A stretch of 64,000 nucleotides of DNA from the NCBI GenBank assembly GCA_944391075.1, contig CALXSG010000004.1:10445-74444 (forward strand), given 5' to 3'. Source of the stretch: an uncultured Rickettsiales bacterium (GTDB lineage: Bacteria > Pseudomonadota > Alphaproteobacteria > Rickettsiales > UBA1997). The notes beneath the pieces are model-generated. The model worked only from the letters and a program-made list of their open reading frames with translations, had not been told where the DNA came from and ran no database searches. The translations under genes and the position numbers were made by a program. Shown here in pieces: positions 45,905 through 56,347 of this stretch (its first letter is position 1; the number at the start of each line of letters is the position of its first letter).

Positions 45905-46906
45905 TTATTCAGCTTTATCTTCAACAACAGCTGGAGCCTTTGCTTCTTCTTTAACAGCAGGAGCTTTTGTTTCTTTCTTTACAGCTGGAGCTTTTGCTTC
46001 TTTTTTTGCAACAGGTAATTTATCACCTTTTTTTGATTTATTTAAAGCTTTACTTGGTTTTTTTGATGAAGTTTTTTTAGCTTCTTTTTTAACTTCTTTT
46101 TTAATTACTGGTGCATTTTCTAAAGCATCTTTTAAAGCTTCTTCAATAACTTTCATGTATAATTTAATAGCTTTAATAGAGTCATCGTTTCCTGGAATTG
46201 GATAATCAATATTGTCAGGATCTGAATTTGTATCAACAATAGCCATTACAGGAATACCTAAACTTTTAGCTTCAGCAATAGAAAGAGTTTCTCTTGGAGT
46301 ATCAACTACAAAAATCAAGTCAGGTAATTTTGACATGTCTTTGATACCACCTAATTGTTTTTCTAACTTATCTTTTTTTCTACTTAACATTAATTTTTCT
46401 TTTTTTGTTAAAGTAGAATTTTCGTCAGCTAATTCGTTTTCAATTTCTTTTAATGTTTTTATAGATCTAGAAATTGTTTTCCAGTTTGTTAACATACCAC
46501 CTAACCATTTGTTGGTAACGTAGTATTGTTTACAATCAACAGCAACTTCCTTAACAGTTTCTGCACCTTGTTTTTTTGTACAAACAAACAAAATTTTACC
46601 ATTTCTTTTTACAATTTCTCTCAAAATTTTTGAAGCCTCAGCAAGTAAAATTGCACTTTGTGTTAAGTCAATAATATGCAATTCATTTTTAACACCATAG
46701 ATATATGGAGCCATTTTTGCATTCCATCTAGATGTTCTGTGTCCAAAATGAACACCTGCTTCTAACATTTCTCTAATTGTAAAATGTGGTTCAAACTCTT
46801 TGTTTTCTTTTGTATTTTCAACATTTTCTTGTTGATTTTCTAAGGTTTCGTTTTGTTCTACTGTATTTTCCAGAACTTCACCTTGTTCTTTTGTCATTTC
46901 TGTCAT
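45905..46906 (-). CDS. rpsB: 30S ribosomal protein S2 (uS2) with N- and C-terminal low-complexity extensions
   Basis: Core MLEAGVHFGHRTSRWNAKM...GGMLTNW. An E/N/Q-rich ~45-aa N-extension, and a K/A/P-rich C-tail with 9-aa repeats (K)EAKAPAV. Confidence 0.92.
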   Translation of the reverse strand: MTEMTKEQGEVLENTVEQNETLENQQENVENTKENKEFEPHFTIREMLEAGVHFGHRTSRWNAKMAPYIYGVKNELHIIDLTQSAILLAEASKILREIVKRNGKILFVCTKKQGAETVKEVAVDCKQYYVTNKWLGGMLTNWKTISRSIKTLKEIENELADENSTLTKKEKLMLSRKKDKLEKQLGGIKDMSKLPDLIFVVDTPRETLSIAEAKSLGIPVMAIVDTNSDPDNIDYPIPGNDDSIKAIKLYMKVIEEALKDALENAPVIKKEVKKEAKKTSSKKPSKALNKSKKGDKLPVAKKEAKAPAVKKETKAPAVKEEAKAPAVVEDKAE

Positions 46907-47117
46907 AATTTTTTCCTTTTCTTTGGTTATACCACCATCAGCTCAATATCTATATAAATAGACACCAAAGTTTGGCTGATTGTGATTTATTATTAATAAT
47001 ATTAAATGAACTAATCAAAAATTAATTCACTACAAATATAATATATATAATATTTATTTTGCAAGAGTTTTTTATATTTTATAAATCTTATATATTAATT
47101 TAGATTTACTATATAAT

Positions 47118-47141
47118 TTAAGGGCCTTTAAAAGCCCTTAA
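47118..47141 (-). terminator. Hairpin terminator after rne
   Basis: 8-bp stem TTAAGGGC/GCCCTTAA with an 8-nt loop. It is the only GC-rich hairpin in the spacer, 14 nt after the stop. Confidence 0.5.
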
Positions 47142-47154
47142 ATAACTAAATTTA

Positions 47155-49296
47155 TTATAAACCTAATAACTTCTTAAACCAACTTTTCTTTTTCTTCTTA
47201 TTCTTATTATTATTGTTATTATAATTAAATTTATTATATCTATTATATTGTTTCTTATTAATTCTCTTAGGTGATTTTTCATTTGGTTCATAAATTTCTT
47301 CATCAAATTTATATTTTTTAATATCAGCATTACTTACTGAATATGATTCATCATCAAAACTCAAATTTACTTTACCAACTTTTTGTTGAGGTTCCAATTC
47401 TCTTTTTTCTTCAGGAGTTAAACCTTTTCTCTTTTTAAGAGTATAATTATTGTCCTCCATATGTTCGTTAACTTCAACAAAAACATAAATACCGTAATCT
47501 TTTTCAATATTATTAATTTCTCTTCTCTTAAAATTCAATAGATAATCACATAAATCTAATGTAGTTTCAACAACAACAACATTTATTTGCTTATCATTAG
47601 ATGCATATTTAATAGCTCTTAAAATACTAAGTGCTACAATTTCTTTTGATTTAATTTTACCTTTTCCACTACATCGTGGGCAAACTTCACTACTTCTTTC
47701 CATAAAACTTGCACCAAGTCTTTGTCTAGAAAGTTCCATTAAACCAAAAATACTAAGTCTAGCAATTTGAATTCTAGCTCTATCTGTTGACATAGCATCT
47801 CTCATTGCCTTTTCAACTATTCGTCTGTTTTTTAATTCAAACATATCAATATAGTCAATAACAACTAAACCACCTAAATCTCTAAGTTTTAATTGTCTAG
47901 CAATTTCCTTTGCCGCCTCAACATTTGTAGCAACAGCCATTTCTTCAACACTCTTCTCTTTTGTAGCTTTTCCAGAGTTAACATCAATTGCAACTAATGC
48001 TTCTGTTTGATCTATAACGATAGAACCACCAGAAGGAAGATTTACTTTATTATTATATAATTCTAACAATTGATTTTCAATATTATATGACTGAAATAAA
48101 GGAACTTTATCAGTATGTAATTTAACAACAGGATTTTTAGTTGTCGATATAATTTTAGCTAAACTAGCAACAGATTTAAATGTATCTTCACCTTCTACTA
48201 CAATCTCATCAATATCATCAGTATATAAATCTCTAATTGTTTTTTTAATAATATCATCCTCAGCATGAATAAAAGCTGGTGCTTTTGATTCTAACGTAGT
48301 TTCTTTAATCGTCTTCCATAACCTAATAAGATATAAATAATCCTTTAAAATATCCTCAGGTTTTTTACCAACACCTGCTGTTCTTAAAATTATTGATTTA
48401 TCTTCTGAAACCTTTAAACTTCTTAAAATACTTTTTAAGATTTTTCTATCATTAATATTGGTAATTTTTTTAGAAACGCCACCTCTTCCTGGTGTATTAA
48501 CCATAAGAACACAATATTTTCCGGCAATAGAAATATATGTTGTCATTGCAACACCTTTATTGCCCCTTTCTTCTTTCAATACTTGTACTAAAAGATATTG
48601 TCCTTCTTTAATAACATCTTCAATTTTATATTGAGGTTCAACAACATTATTATTTGTAATGTCGGTTTCTTCATCAACAGAATAATTAGGTATAATATCT
48701 ACATCACTATCTTCATTATTATTTGATAAATTATCATCTAATACTTCATCAGTGTTTTCAATAGATATATTGCCTTCATCTTTATTAACAATATTATTTA
48801 AAGTATTGTCGTCAAGTTGCTCATTTTCAGCATTTACTAAAATAGTTTCACTATTAGAATCGGTTACAAAAACACCATCAGCTTGAATATTATTATTATC
48901 AAGACTTTCTACATTTGTGTTTTCTAAATTATCAATATTCTCTTCACTATTTTTATCTAACTCTTCAACTTTTTCTTCTTCTTCAATATTATTTAATTCA
49001 TCATTCGTTTGAAAAAATTTAACCTCTTTTAAATTTTTGATCTCGCTTTTAGGAATATTATAATAGTCTGGATGTATATCTGAAAAAGGTAAAAAACCAT
49101 GTCTATCACCACCATAATCTATAAAAGCTGCTTGTAATGAAGGTTCGATTCTGGTTACCTTAGCTAAATATATATTACCTTTCAATTGTTTAAAATTAAA
49201 ATCTTCTCTATCATAATTCTGTAAAACATTATCTTCTACTAATGCTACCCTTGTTTCTTCCTTAAACGCACCATCTATCAAAATCTTTTTACTCAT
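47155..49296 (-). CDS. rne: Ribonuclease E/G family endoribonuclease (RNase E-like)
   Basis: S1 domain (GNIYLAKVTRIEPSLQAAFIDYG), catalytic DLGGLVVIDYIDM, Zn-link CPRCSGKG, a low-complexity D/N/E insertion and a basic tail. I prefer the ATG at 49296 (MSKKILIDG). The ORF track extends to 49332. Confidence 0.9.
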   Translation of the reverse strand: MSKKILIDGAFKEETRVALVEDNVLQNYDREDFNFKQLKGNIYLAKVTRIEPSLQAAFIDYGGDRHGFLPFSDIHPDYYNIPKSEIKNLKEVKFFQTNDELNNIEEEEKVEELDKNSEENIDNLENTNVESLDNNNIQADGVFVTDSNSETILVNAENEQLDDNTLNNIVNKDEGNISIENTDEVLDDNLSNNNEDSDVDIIPNYSVDEETDITNNNVVEPQYKIEDVIKEGQYLLVQVLKEERGNKGVAMTTYISIAGKYCVLMVNTPGRGGVSKKITNINDRKILKSILRSLKVSEDKSIILRTAGVGKKPEDILKDYLYLIRLWKTIKETTLESKAPAFIHAEDDIIKKTIRDLYTDDIDEIVVEGEDTFKSVASLAKIISTTKNPVVKLHTDKVPLFQSYNIENQLLELYNNKVNLPSGGSIVIDQTEALVAIDVNSGKATKEKSVEEMAVATNVEAAKEIARQLKLRDLGGLVVIDYIDMFELKNRRIVEKAMRDAMSTDRARIQIARLSIFGLMELSRQRLGASFMERSSEVCPRCSGKGKIKSKEIVALSILRAIKYASNDKQINVVVVETTLDLCDYLLNFKRREINNIEKDYGIYVFVEVNEHMEDNNYTLKKRKGLTPEEKRELEPQQKVGKVNLSFDDESYSVSNADIKKYKFDEEIYEPNEKSPKRINKKQYNRYNKFNYNNNNNKNKKKKKSWFKKLLGL

Positions 49297-49655
49297 TTCT
49301 CTCCCTACTTTAAACATTGCATTATAATACAATATTTGGTCTGTTCAATATATTAACAAAAATACAACAAAAAATTCTCTATTTATTCATATTTGGTCAT
49401 ATTAAACCAATACCAAACGTTTATTTGCAATGCCATTAATAAAATTCAAATTCTCTAAGCTTTATTGCTATAATATTGCAAATAAATACATAAAAAGTAT
49501 ATTTTAAAATATACTTAATAAAGATTATAACCTTTTATTAAAAAAACAAGAGTTTAAAAAAATATTTTTAAACTATTATTTAAATAATTTTATAGGTATA
49601 ATATAAAGTAAATATTATAAATTTTTGTACTTCAATTATACCTATAAGAGTTATA

Positions 49656-50720
49656 TTAATCAGTAAAATTTTTTAATAATTCAACATCTTTTTGTAAATC
49701 TTCCTTTGCTTTATTAAATTGTTCCTTTTCACTATCTTCAACAAAATAATCTTTTATAGGAGTTAACTTTTCACTTGAAATTTTTACAGGAATAGATATT
49801 TCATCATATATCTTTACACCATATAATTTTGCTACATCTTCATTATTAATTAAAATATTACATACTGATTCAAGTTCTTCTTTTTCTCCAATATAAGCTA
49901 ATACAATATCGCTAATAGTTTTTGATGGCGCAACAAATGAACCATAAACTTTTAATGGAATTTCAGAACCTAATTTATTCAATATTGAAATATGCATACC
50001 CATATCTCTTGTTTCTTGCAAACAAGATTCAATTACCTTTTTACCTTCATCACTATCTAAAAATTCGTCAACTTCTTTTATATTGGTTTTTAATGTACTA
50101 TTTAAAATAAACATAGAATTATTGTGATAACCAACTATTTTTGCTTGTATATCTGTTTTTTTAAGAAAAGTAAATTTATCTTTTAAAGCATTATATAAAC
50201 AATAGCACAATCTAGCAGAATCAAGCGAATTTCCAATACCTATAACTTTTTGTGTTTTGCCTAAAATTGATCTCATTATACTTGTTATTATATCAACTTG
50301 ATTAGTAATCACTACAACAAAACTATTAGGAGCATATTTTTTTATATTCTCACCAATACCTTTTATCATATCTAAATTAACTTTGCAAGTTATAAGCCTT
50401 CCTGTGTTATCAAATTTTTTAAATTCTTCCTCTTCTTCTGGTGTAGCACTTTTAGATGCTGTAATAATAACTACATCGGCATTTTGAATTGATGTATAAT
50501 CTTGAGTAATGGAAAATTTAATATCTTTTATTTTATTAGAAATTAAAAATAAGCTATTTTCTAAATCTAATAAAAAACCTTTCATTTTATTTAAACTTGT
50601 TTCTTTATTTGAAACCAATAAAATAATTTCAATTTCATTATTATTCACACTATTACATATATTTTTAAGGACTTCCTGTCCTATTCTTCCATTAGCCCCA
50701 ATTATTGCAATTTTTTTCAT
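49656..50720 (-). CDS. Lactate/malate dehydrogenase-family oxidoreductase (divergent)
   Basis: Rossmann start MKKIAIIGANGRIG, VVVITNQVDIIT, DSARL, and a GYHN segment at the catalytic His position. There is an acidic insertion, and I cannot call the substrate. Confidence 0.55.
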   Translation of the reverse strand: MKKIAIIGANGRIGQEVLKNICNSVNNNEIEIILLVSNKETSLNKMKGFLLDLENSLFLISNKIKDIKFSITQDYTSIQNADVVIITASKSATPEEEEEFKKFDNTGRLITCKVNLDMIKGIGENIKKYAPNSFVVVITNQVDIITSIMRSILGKTQKVIGIGNSLDSARLCYCLYNALKDKFTFLKKTDIQAKIVGYHNNSMFILNSTLKTNIKEVDEFLDSDEGKKVIESCLQETRDMGMHISILNKLGSEIPLKVYGSFVAPSKTISDIVLAYIGEKEELESVCNILINNEDVAKLYGVKIYDEISIPVKISSEKLTPIKDYFVEDSEKEQFNKAKEDLQKDVELLKNFTD

Positions 50721-50852
50721 ATTTTACCTATTATATTTATTATTTTATTAAAAGTATAAATATTTAATTTTATTTCACAATTCTTATTTATAAAAATATA
50801 GTGTTGAAAATTAATCAACACTATATTTATATTTATAACGAATCATTAATAA

Positions 50853-51620
50853 TTAAAATTCCAATATATCATTATTATGTGGAATTAATACATTTGACAA
50901 TTTTAAATTTTCTATATCTTGTCTTGTAGTTGTTAAGTGACTAACATTATCTAAATGACTAACTACTATGGCTGAATTTTTAGCAAAATTAGCTACCGCT
51001 TTTACATCATTATCATCCATAATAATTTTTTCATTATTTAATAACATCGCTCCACAAGCATTCACTACTATTATCTCCGGTTTGAATTTATTGATAGCTT
51101 GTTTAACTTCATCAACAAAAATTGTATCACCAGCAATATATAGTGTTTTTTCATTATTTGTTTTAAACACAACACCCATAGCATCATATGGCATACCTAT
51201 TGATTCACAAATAGGTTTTATAATTTCTCGTTTTCCATGCTGACAATCGGTTTTATATAATGTCGTACCAAAAATTTCAGTTCCATCATAGGACAAGATT
51301 TTAATATTATTAAAACCATACGATGAAATAATATCATAATCAGTTTTTGATTGGACAAAAAATGGAATATCTTTTTTGATTGCTTCTTCAGCATATTTAT
51401 CCCAATGATCTGGATGAAAATGAGTCAATATAACTGCATCTACATCAACTATTGTTTTTATATCAATAGGTAATTCCTCTCTTGGTTGTCTAATATGAGA
51501 ATTATATGCTCCTTCAAAGCCTGGCATATAGTCCTTTGGACCAAGCCATGGATCAATCAAAAATTTTTTGCCATTATATGTAACAATCAAAGTAGCATTT
51601 CTTATTTGATGTATTTTCAT
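50853..51620 (-). CDS. MBL-fold metallo-hydrolase
   Basis: THFHPDHWD metal-binding motif. I prefer the ATG at 51620 (MKIHQIRNATL). The ORF-track extension overlaps the adhE terminator hairpin. Confidence 0.7.
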   Translation of the reverse strand: MKIHQIRNATLIVTYNGKKFLIDPWLGPKDYMPGFEGAYNSHIRQPREELPIDIKTIVDVDAVILTHFHPDHWDKYAEEAIKKDIPFFVQSKTDYDIISSYGFNNIKILSYDGTEIFGTTLYKTDCQHGKREIIKPICESIGMPYDAMGVVFKTNNEKTLYIAGDTIFVDEVKQAINKFKPEIIVVNACGAMLLNNEKIIMDDNDVKAVANFAKNSAIVVSHLDNVSHLTTTRQDIENLKLSNVLIPHNNDILEF

Positions 51621-51657
51621 AATAAAACAAATTATTAATAGTATTATATATAGTCTA

Positions 51658-51687
51658 TTCAAGAAGAATAATATTATTCTTCTTGAA
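51658..51687 (-). terminator. Perfect 30-nt palindrome (hairpin) after adhE
   Basis: TTCAAGAAGAATAAT|ATTATTCTTCTTGAA, 14 nt after the adhE stop. No clean U tract. Confidence 0.45.
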
Positions 51688-51700
51688 TATTTATTAAAAT

Positions 51701-54301
51701 TTAGATATCAAAGTCAGTCTCACCTTCGTATGCTTTCCAATATAATTCTTCAATTTCAGAAATTAAAGGATATCTAGGGTTACAACCTGTACTTTGATCA
51801 TCAAATGCTTCTTCTGCTAAACCATTCTTTAAAGCTTTTTCAAGATCTTCTTTCTTTACACCACCTTCTTTCATAGAAGTTTTGATACCAACAGAAGTTT
51901 TTAATTCTTGAAGAGCCTTAATTAAATTATTTACTTTTTCATCATCATTCTTTCCACCTAAACCTAAATAATCTGCAATATGTGCATATCTTTGTTTAGC
52001 AAATGGATATTTGTATTGTGGGAATGCTGCTTGTTTTGTAGGTTTTTCAGAACTATTATACTTAATTACCTGACAAATCAAGTAAGCATTAGCAATACCA
52101 TGTGGAATATGTAAATGTCCACCAATTTTATGTGCCATTGAGTGGCAAACACCTAAAAAGGCATTAGCAAAAGCCATACCAGCAAGTGTTGCTGCATAAT
52201 GAACTTGTTCTCTGTCATATTCAGTGCATTCATTTACAGATTTTGGTAAGTGTTTAAACAATAATTTTAAACCTTCCAATGCAACACTATCAGTAAATGG
52301 ACTGGCCATTGTTGAAACATATGCTTCAAGACAATGTGTAACAGCATCAATACCAGAAGCAGCAGCTAAACCCTTAGGCATTGTCATAACAAAATCAGGA
52401 TCAATAATAGCCATACTAGGTGTAAATGCATAATCAGCTAATGGGTATTTAATGCCTGTTGCATCATCAGTAATAACTGAGAATGAACTAATTTCTGAAC
52501 CTGTACCTGATGTTGTAGGAATACAAATTAATTTAGCTACTTGTCCTAAATCTTTTAGCATAAAGATTCTTTTTCTAATATCCATAAATCTCATGGCAAC
52601 ATCTTCAAAAGCAATTTCTGGTTGCTCGTACATTAACCATAAAATTTTTGCAGCATCCATAGGTGAACCTCCACCTAATGCAATAATTAAATCAGGTTTA
52701 AATGTTCTAACATCATGTATTGCTTTATTAATTGTTGATAAATCTGGATCTGGATGAACATCATAGAAAAGTGTATATTCTACACCTATTTCATCAAGAA
52801 CATTTGTAACTTTCTTTGTTGTTCCTAAATCAAATAAGATTTTATCAGTAATAATAAATGCTTTTTTATGGCCTTTTAATTCTTCTAATGCAAATTTAGT
52901 ACAACCTTTCTTAAAATAAATCTTTGGTGGTACTTTGAACCATAACATATTTTCTTCTCTCATAGCTACTGTTTTAATATTAATAAGTTGTTTAACACCT
53001 ACGTTCTCACTAACGGAATTTTTACCCCAACTTCCGCAACCTAACGTTAAAGAAGGCTCCAACCTAAAATTATAAACATCACCAATACCACCGAAAGAAG
53101 AAGGAGTATTTACTAAAATTCTTCCTGTATCCATTACATCAGCATATTTCTTAATTCTATCTGTATATTGTTGATTTGTATAGAGAATAGATGTATGGCC
53201 TGCACCACCTAAATTAACTAATGCATGAGCTTTTTTTACACCATCTTCAAAATCTTTTGCTTTATACATACCAAGTAATGGAGATAATTTTTCTCTACCC
53301 CATGGTTCATTCATACTAATTTCAGTAGCTTCACCAATTAATATTTTTGTTTTTTCTGGAACTTTAATACCTGCCATTTCAGCAATTTTTGTAGCAGGTT
53401 GACCAACTATTGCAGAATTCAATACACCATTAGGGAAAGCAAAATTAATCAATTTTGTTTTATCTTGGCCTTTTACGTAGTATGCACCCCTTTTTTCAAA
53501 TTCTTTTTTAATATCGTCATATATTGATTCAACTACAACAGCACTTTGTTCAGATGCACATATCATACCATTATCAAAAGTTTTACTCATAATAATAGAA
53601 GATACGGTTGTTTCAATATCAGCTGTTTCATCAATTAAAGCAGGAGCATTTCCCGCACCAACACCAACAGCTGGTTTACCACAGCTATAAGCAGCTTTAA
53701 CCATACCAGGACCACCTGTTGCTAAAATTAAATCAACATCAGGGTGGTTCATTAAGGCCGCTGACAATTCAACACTAGGTTCATCAATCCAACCTAATAA
53801 ATTATCAGGAGCACCTGCTTGTCTAGCAGCTTCAACCACAACCTTTAATGCTTCAATAGTACATTTTTTAGCTCTTGGATGCGGTGAAAATACCATAGCA
53901 TTTCTAGTTTTTAAAGCAATTAAACATTTAAAAATTGCAGTTGCAGTTGGGTTTGTTGTAGGAACAACACAAGCTATAATTCCAACAGGGTCAGCAATTT
54001 TCATCATACCATGTGTAATATCTTCTTCAATAATACCGCAAGTTTTTGTATTCTTATATTTATTATAAATATATTCTGCTGCAAAATGATTTTTAATAAC
54101 TTTATCTTCAACAACACCCATACCAGTCTCTTCAACAGCCATTTTTGCAAGTCTAATTCTTTCAGTATTAGCTAATAATGCTGTTCTTTTAAAAATTTCA
54201 TCTACTTGTTCTTGTGAATATGTAGCGTAGATTTTTTGCGCTTCTTTGACTTTTTTAAGTAGAGCATCGAGACTTTCAAGTGAATTAACCAACTCTGTCA
54301 T
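51701..54301 (-). CDS. adhE: Bifunctional acetaldehyde-CoA/alcohol dehydrogenase
   Basis: About 866 aa. N-terminal ALDH domain (catalytic Cys context FDNGMICASEQ) fused to an iron-type ADH domain (GGGSPMDAAK, HSMAHKIGG). I prefer the ATG at 54301. Confidence 0.93.
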   Translation of the reverse strand: MTELVNSLESLDALLKKVKEAQKIYATYSQEQVDEIFKRTALLANTERIRLAKMAVEETGMGVVEDKVIKNHFAAEYIYNKYKNTKTCGIIEEDITHGMMKIADPVGIIACVVPTTNPTATAIFKCLIALKTRNAMVFSPHPRAKKCTIEALKVVVEAARQAGAPDNLLGWIDEPSVELSAALMNHPDVDLILATGGPGMVKAAYSCGKPAVGVGAGNAPALIDETADIETTVSSIIMSKTFDNGMICASEQSAVVVESIYDDIKKEFEKRGAYYVKGQDKTKLINFAFPNGVLNSAIVGQPATKIAEMAGIKVPEKTKILIGEATEISMNEPWGREKLSPLLGMYKAKDFEDGVKKAHALVNLGGAGHTSILYTNQQYTDRIKKYADVMDTGRILVNTPSSFGGIGDVYNFRLEPSLTLGCGSWGKNSVSENVGVKQLINIKTVAMREENMLWFKVPPKIYFKKGCTKFALEELKGHKKAFIITDKILFDLGTTKKVTNVLDEIGVEYTLFYDVHPDPDLSTINKAIHDVRTFKPDLIIALGGGSPMDAAKILWLMYEQPEIAFEDVAMRFMDIRKRIFMLKDLGQVAKLICIPTTSGTGSEISSFSVITDDATGIKYPLADYAFTPSMAIIDPDFVMTMPKGLAAASGIDAVTHCLEAYVSTMASPFTDSVALEGLKLLFKHLPKSVNECTEYDREQVHYAATLAGMAFANAFLGVCHSMAHKIGGHLHIPHGIANAYLICQVIKYNSSEKPTKQAAFPQYKYPFAKQRYAHIADYLGLGGKNDDEKVNNLIKALQELKTSVGIKTSMKEGGVKKEDLEKALKNGLAEEAFDDQSTGCNPRYPLISEIEELYWKAYEGETDFDI

Positions 54302-54622
54302 ATTTCTACCCTTTTTTATTGTTAACATTTCTATTATTATAACAAAAATTTTAATATTAAAGATATTTTTTAAATAATCTTAAAATTGATATATTAAAGC
54401 ATAAATATTAAATATATTAACTAAATTAAATATAAAAATAATTACAAATAATATTAAAAATTATCATATATTAAACAAAATTGTATATTTTACCAAAAAG
54501 AATATATTTATAGTTGCAAAAAATAGGCCAATTTTTTATATAATTTAAAAACTTGAAAAATATATATTATGTATTAAATTTTTCTTATTATGTTTAATAA
54601 TTGGAGTTATTACATTTTCTTT

Positions 54623-55411
54623 ATGAAAAAATTAATATTGTTGTTTGTTATATTATCTATTACTTTTCAAGCTAATGCTAATAATGTTGTTGAGAGTCAA
54701 GTTCAATTATCATATAAAACAGATTTTACAGCTGATCATATCATTGAAAGTGTTTACACAAGACCATACAATGCTTTTGATAATAATATAGAATATAGTT
54801 ATATTAAAACAAGTATGTTAGTTATGGCTGGTGCTAGTGTTCTTGGTGCTGGAATTTTATATTTATTACCAGAAAGCTTTACAAATTGGGACAAAGATGA
54901 TGCTTCTGATATATTTACTAAATGGAAAGACAATGTAACAGAAGGACCCGTTATGGACGAAGATGATTTCTTCTTAAATTATGTTACACATCCATATTGG
55001 GGTGCTGTTTATTATATGTCCGCTAGATCAGCTGGTGCAAATGTTTTTTATTCATTTTTATATTCTGCAATTTTATCTACATTCTTTTGGGAATATGGTG
55101 TAGAAGCTTTTGCCGAAGTGCCATCTAAACAAGATTTAATTATTACACCAGTTGTTGGTTCTATGTTTGGCGAATTATTTTATTTAAGTAAAAGACATAT
55201 AATTAATAATGACTACCAATTATTAGGTTCAAGAACATTAGGAAAAATTACAATATTTATAATGGATCCAATTACAGAAGTTACAAAATTCTTTTTAAGA
55301 GAAGATAAAGAAGATTTAACAGAAAATAAAGATATAGCCTTATATTCTTTCCCAACAATTGATAGTCATGGTGCTTTTGGCTATAATATTAATTTTAGTT
55401 ATAAATTTTAA
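54623..55411 (+). CDS. Secreted protein resembling the DUF3943 family
   Basis: Signal peptide MKKLILLFVILSITFQANA. HPYWGAVYYMSARSAG...WEYGVEAFAEVPSKQDLIITPVVG matches my recollection of DUF3943 motifs. Confidence 0.45.
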   Translation: MKKLILLFVILSITFQANANNVVESQVQLSYKTDFTADHIIESVYTRPYNAFDNNIEYSYIKTSMLVMAGASVLGAGILYLLPESFTNWDKDDASDIFTKWKDNVTEGPVMDEDDFFLNYVTHPYWGAVYYMSARSAGANVFYSFLYSAILSTFFWEYGVEAFAEVPSKQDLIITPVVGSMFGELFYLSKRHIINNDYQLLGSRTLGKITIFIMDPITEVTKFFLREDKEDLTENKDIALYSFPTIDSHGAFGYNINFSYKF

Positions 55412-55414
55412 AAT

Positions 55415-56347
55415 ATGAAAAATTTAAAAATTGGTTTAATTATATTTCTTTTGAATACAAGTTTTGTATTGGCAGAAGAAAATAGCTTTATAAAAATGGC
55501 ATCATTTACATACGAAAATGATTCTGTATATGGAAAAGATAGTTATTATTCTAATGGTTTACAATTTTATTTTTCTACTAATAATAAAGAAAAAAATAAT
55601 AAATTACACTCTTATTCTTTTGGTATAGGACAAAAAATGTTTACTCCATATAGCATTGAAGAAAAAGGTTTCAACCCTAATGATAGGCCTTATGCTGGTT
55701 ATTTATATGGTTTTTTAAACAAAAATATTTTTCATGATAATACAATGGATACAATAGGTTTGTCTTTGGGAACAACTGGTCCTAATTCATTAGCAGAAGA
55801 AGTACAAAAAGATATACACTCAATAATTAAAAGTCCAGAACCACAGGGGTGGGATTATCAAATAGACAATCAAATATTGTTTTCTTTACATTTAAAAAGA
55901 AATATGGAAATTTTTTCTACTAATACACATCAGTATGATTGGAAAATATTTACAAAACTTGAATTAAATTTAGGAACTCCTACTACAAGTATTGTTCCAT
56001 CAATAGAATTTAGATATGGTTGGAATTTAGGAAATGATTTTTTAACCAATAAAATTACAGAAACTCCACAAGATTTAATACTAAATGAAGGTACTTCATA
56101 TTATGCGTTTTTAGAATTAATGCCTATGGCTGTATTGTATGATACATTTTTAGATGAAGATGAAGTAAAAGGTGGTTATAAAACAAATATTGAACGAGAA
56201 TGGTTCCAATATCAAATAATGCTTGGTTTTACAGCAAAATATAAAGATTTTTATGTAAAAAATTCTAATATGTTCTTTTCAAAAGAATTTGATAAGCAAG
56301 ATAAGACACAAATTATATTTTCGTTAAATGTTGGTTATTTATTTTAA
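55415..56347 (+). CDS. lpxR: Lipid A 3'-O-deacylase LpxR-like outer-membrane protein (DUF2219 family)
   Basis: YENDSVYGKDSYYSNGLQF, GQKMFTP, DRPYAGYLYG, GTTGPNSLAEEVQKDIH and GWDYQ motifs. Confidence 0.72.
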   Translation: MKNLKIGLIIFLLNTSFVLAEENSFIKMASFTYENDSVYGKDSYYSNGLQFYFSTNNKEKNNKLHSYSFGIGQKMFTPYSIEEKGFNPNDRPYAGYLYGFLNKNIFHDNTMDTIGLSLGTTGPNSLAEEVQKDIHSIIKSPEPQGWDYQIDNQILFSLHLKRNMEIFSTNTHQYDWKIFTKLELNLGTPTTSIVPSIEFRYGWNLGNDFLTNKITETPQDLILNEGTSYYAFLELMPMAVLYDTFLDEDEVKGGYKTNIEREWFQYQIMLGFTAKYKDFYVKNSNMFFSKEFDKQDKTQIIFSLNVGYLF

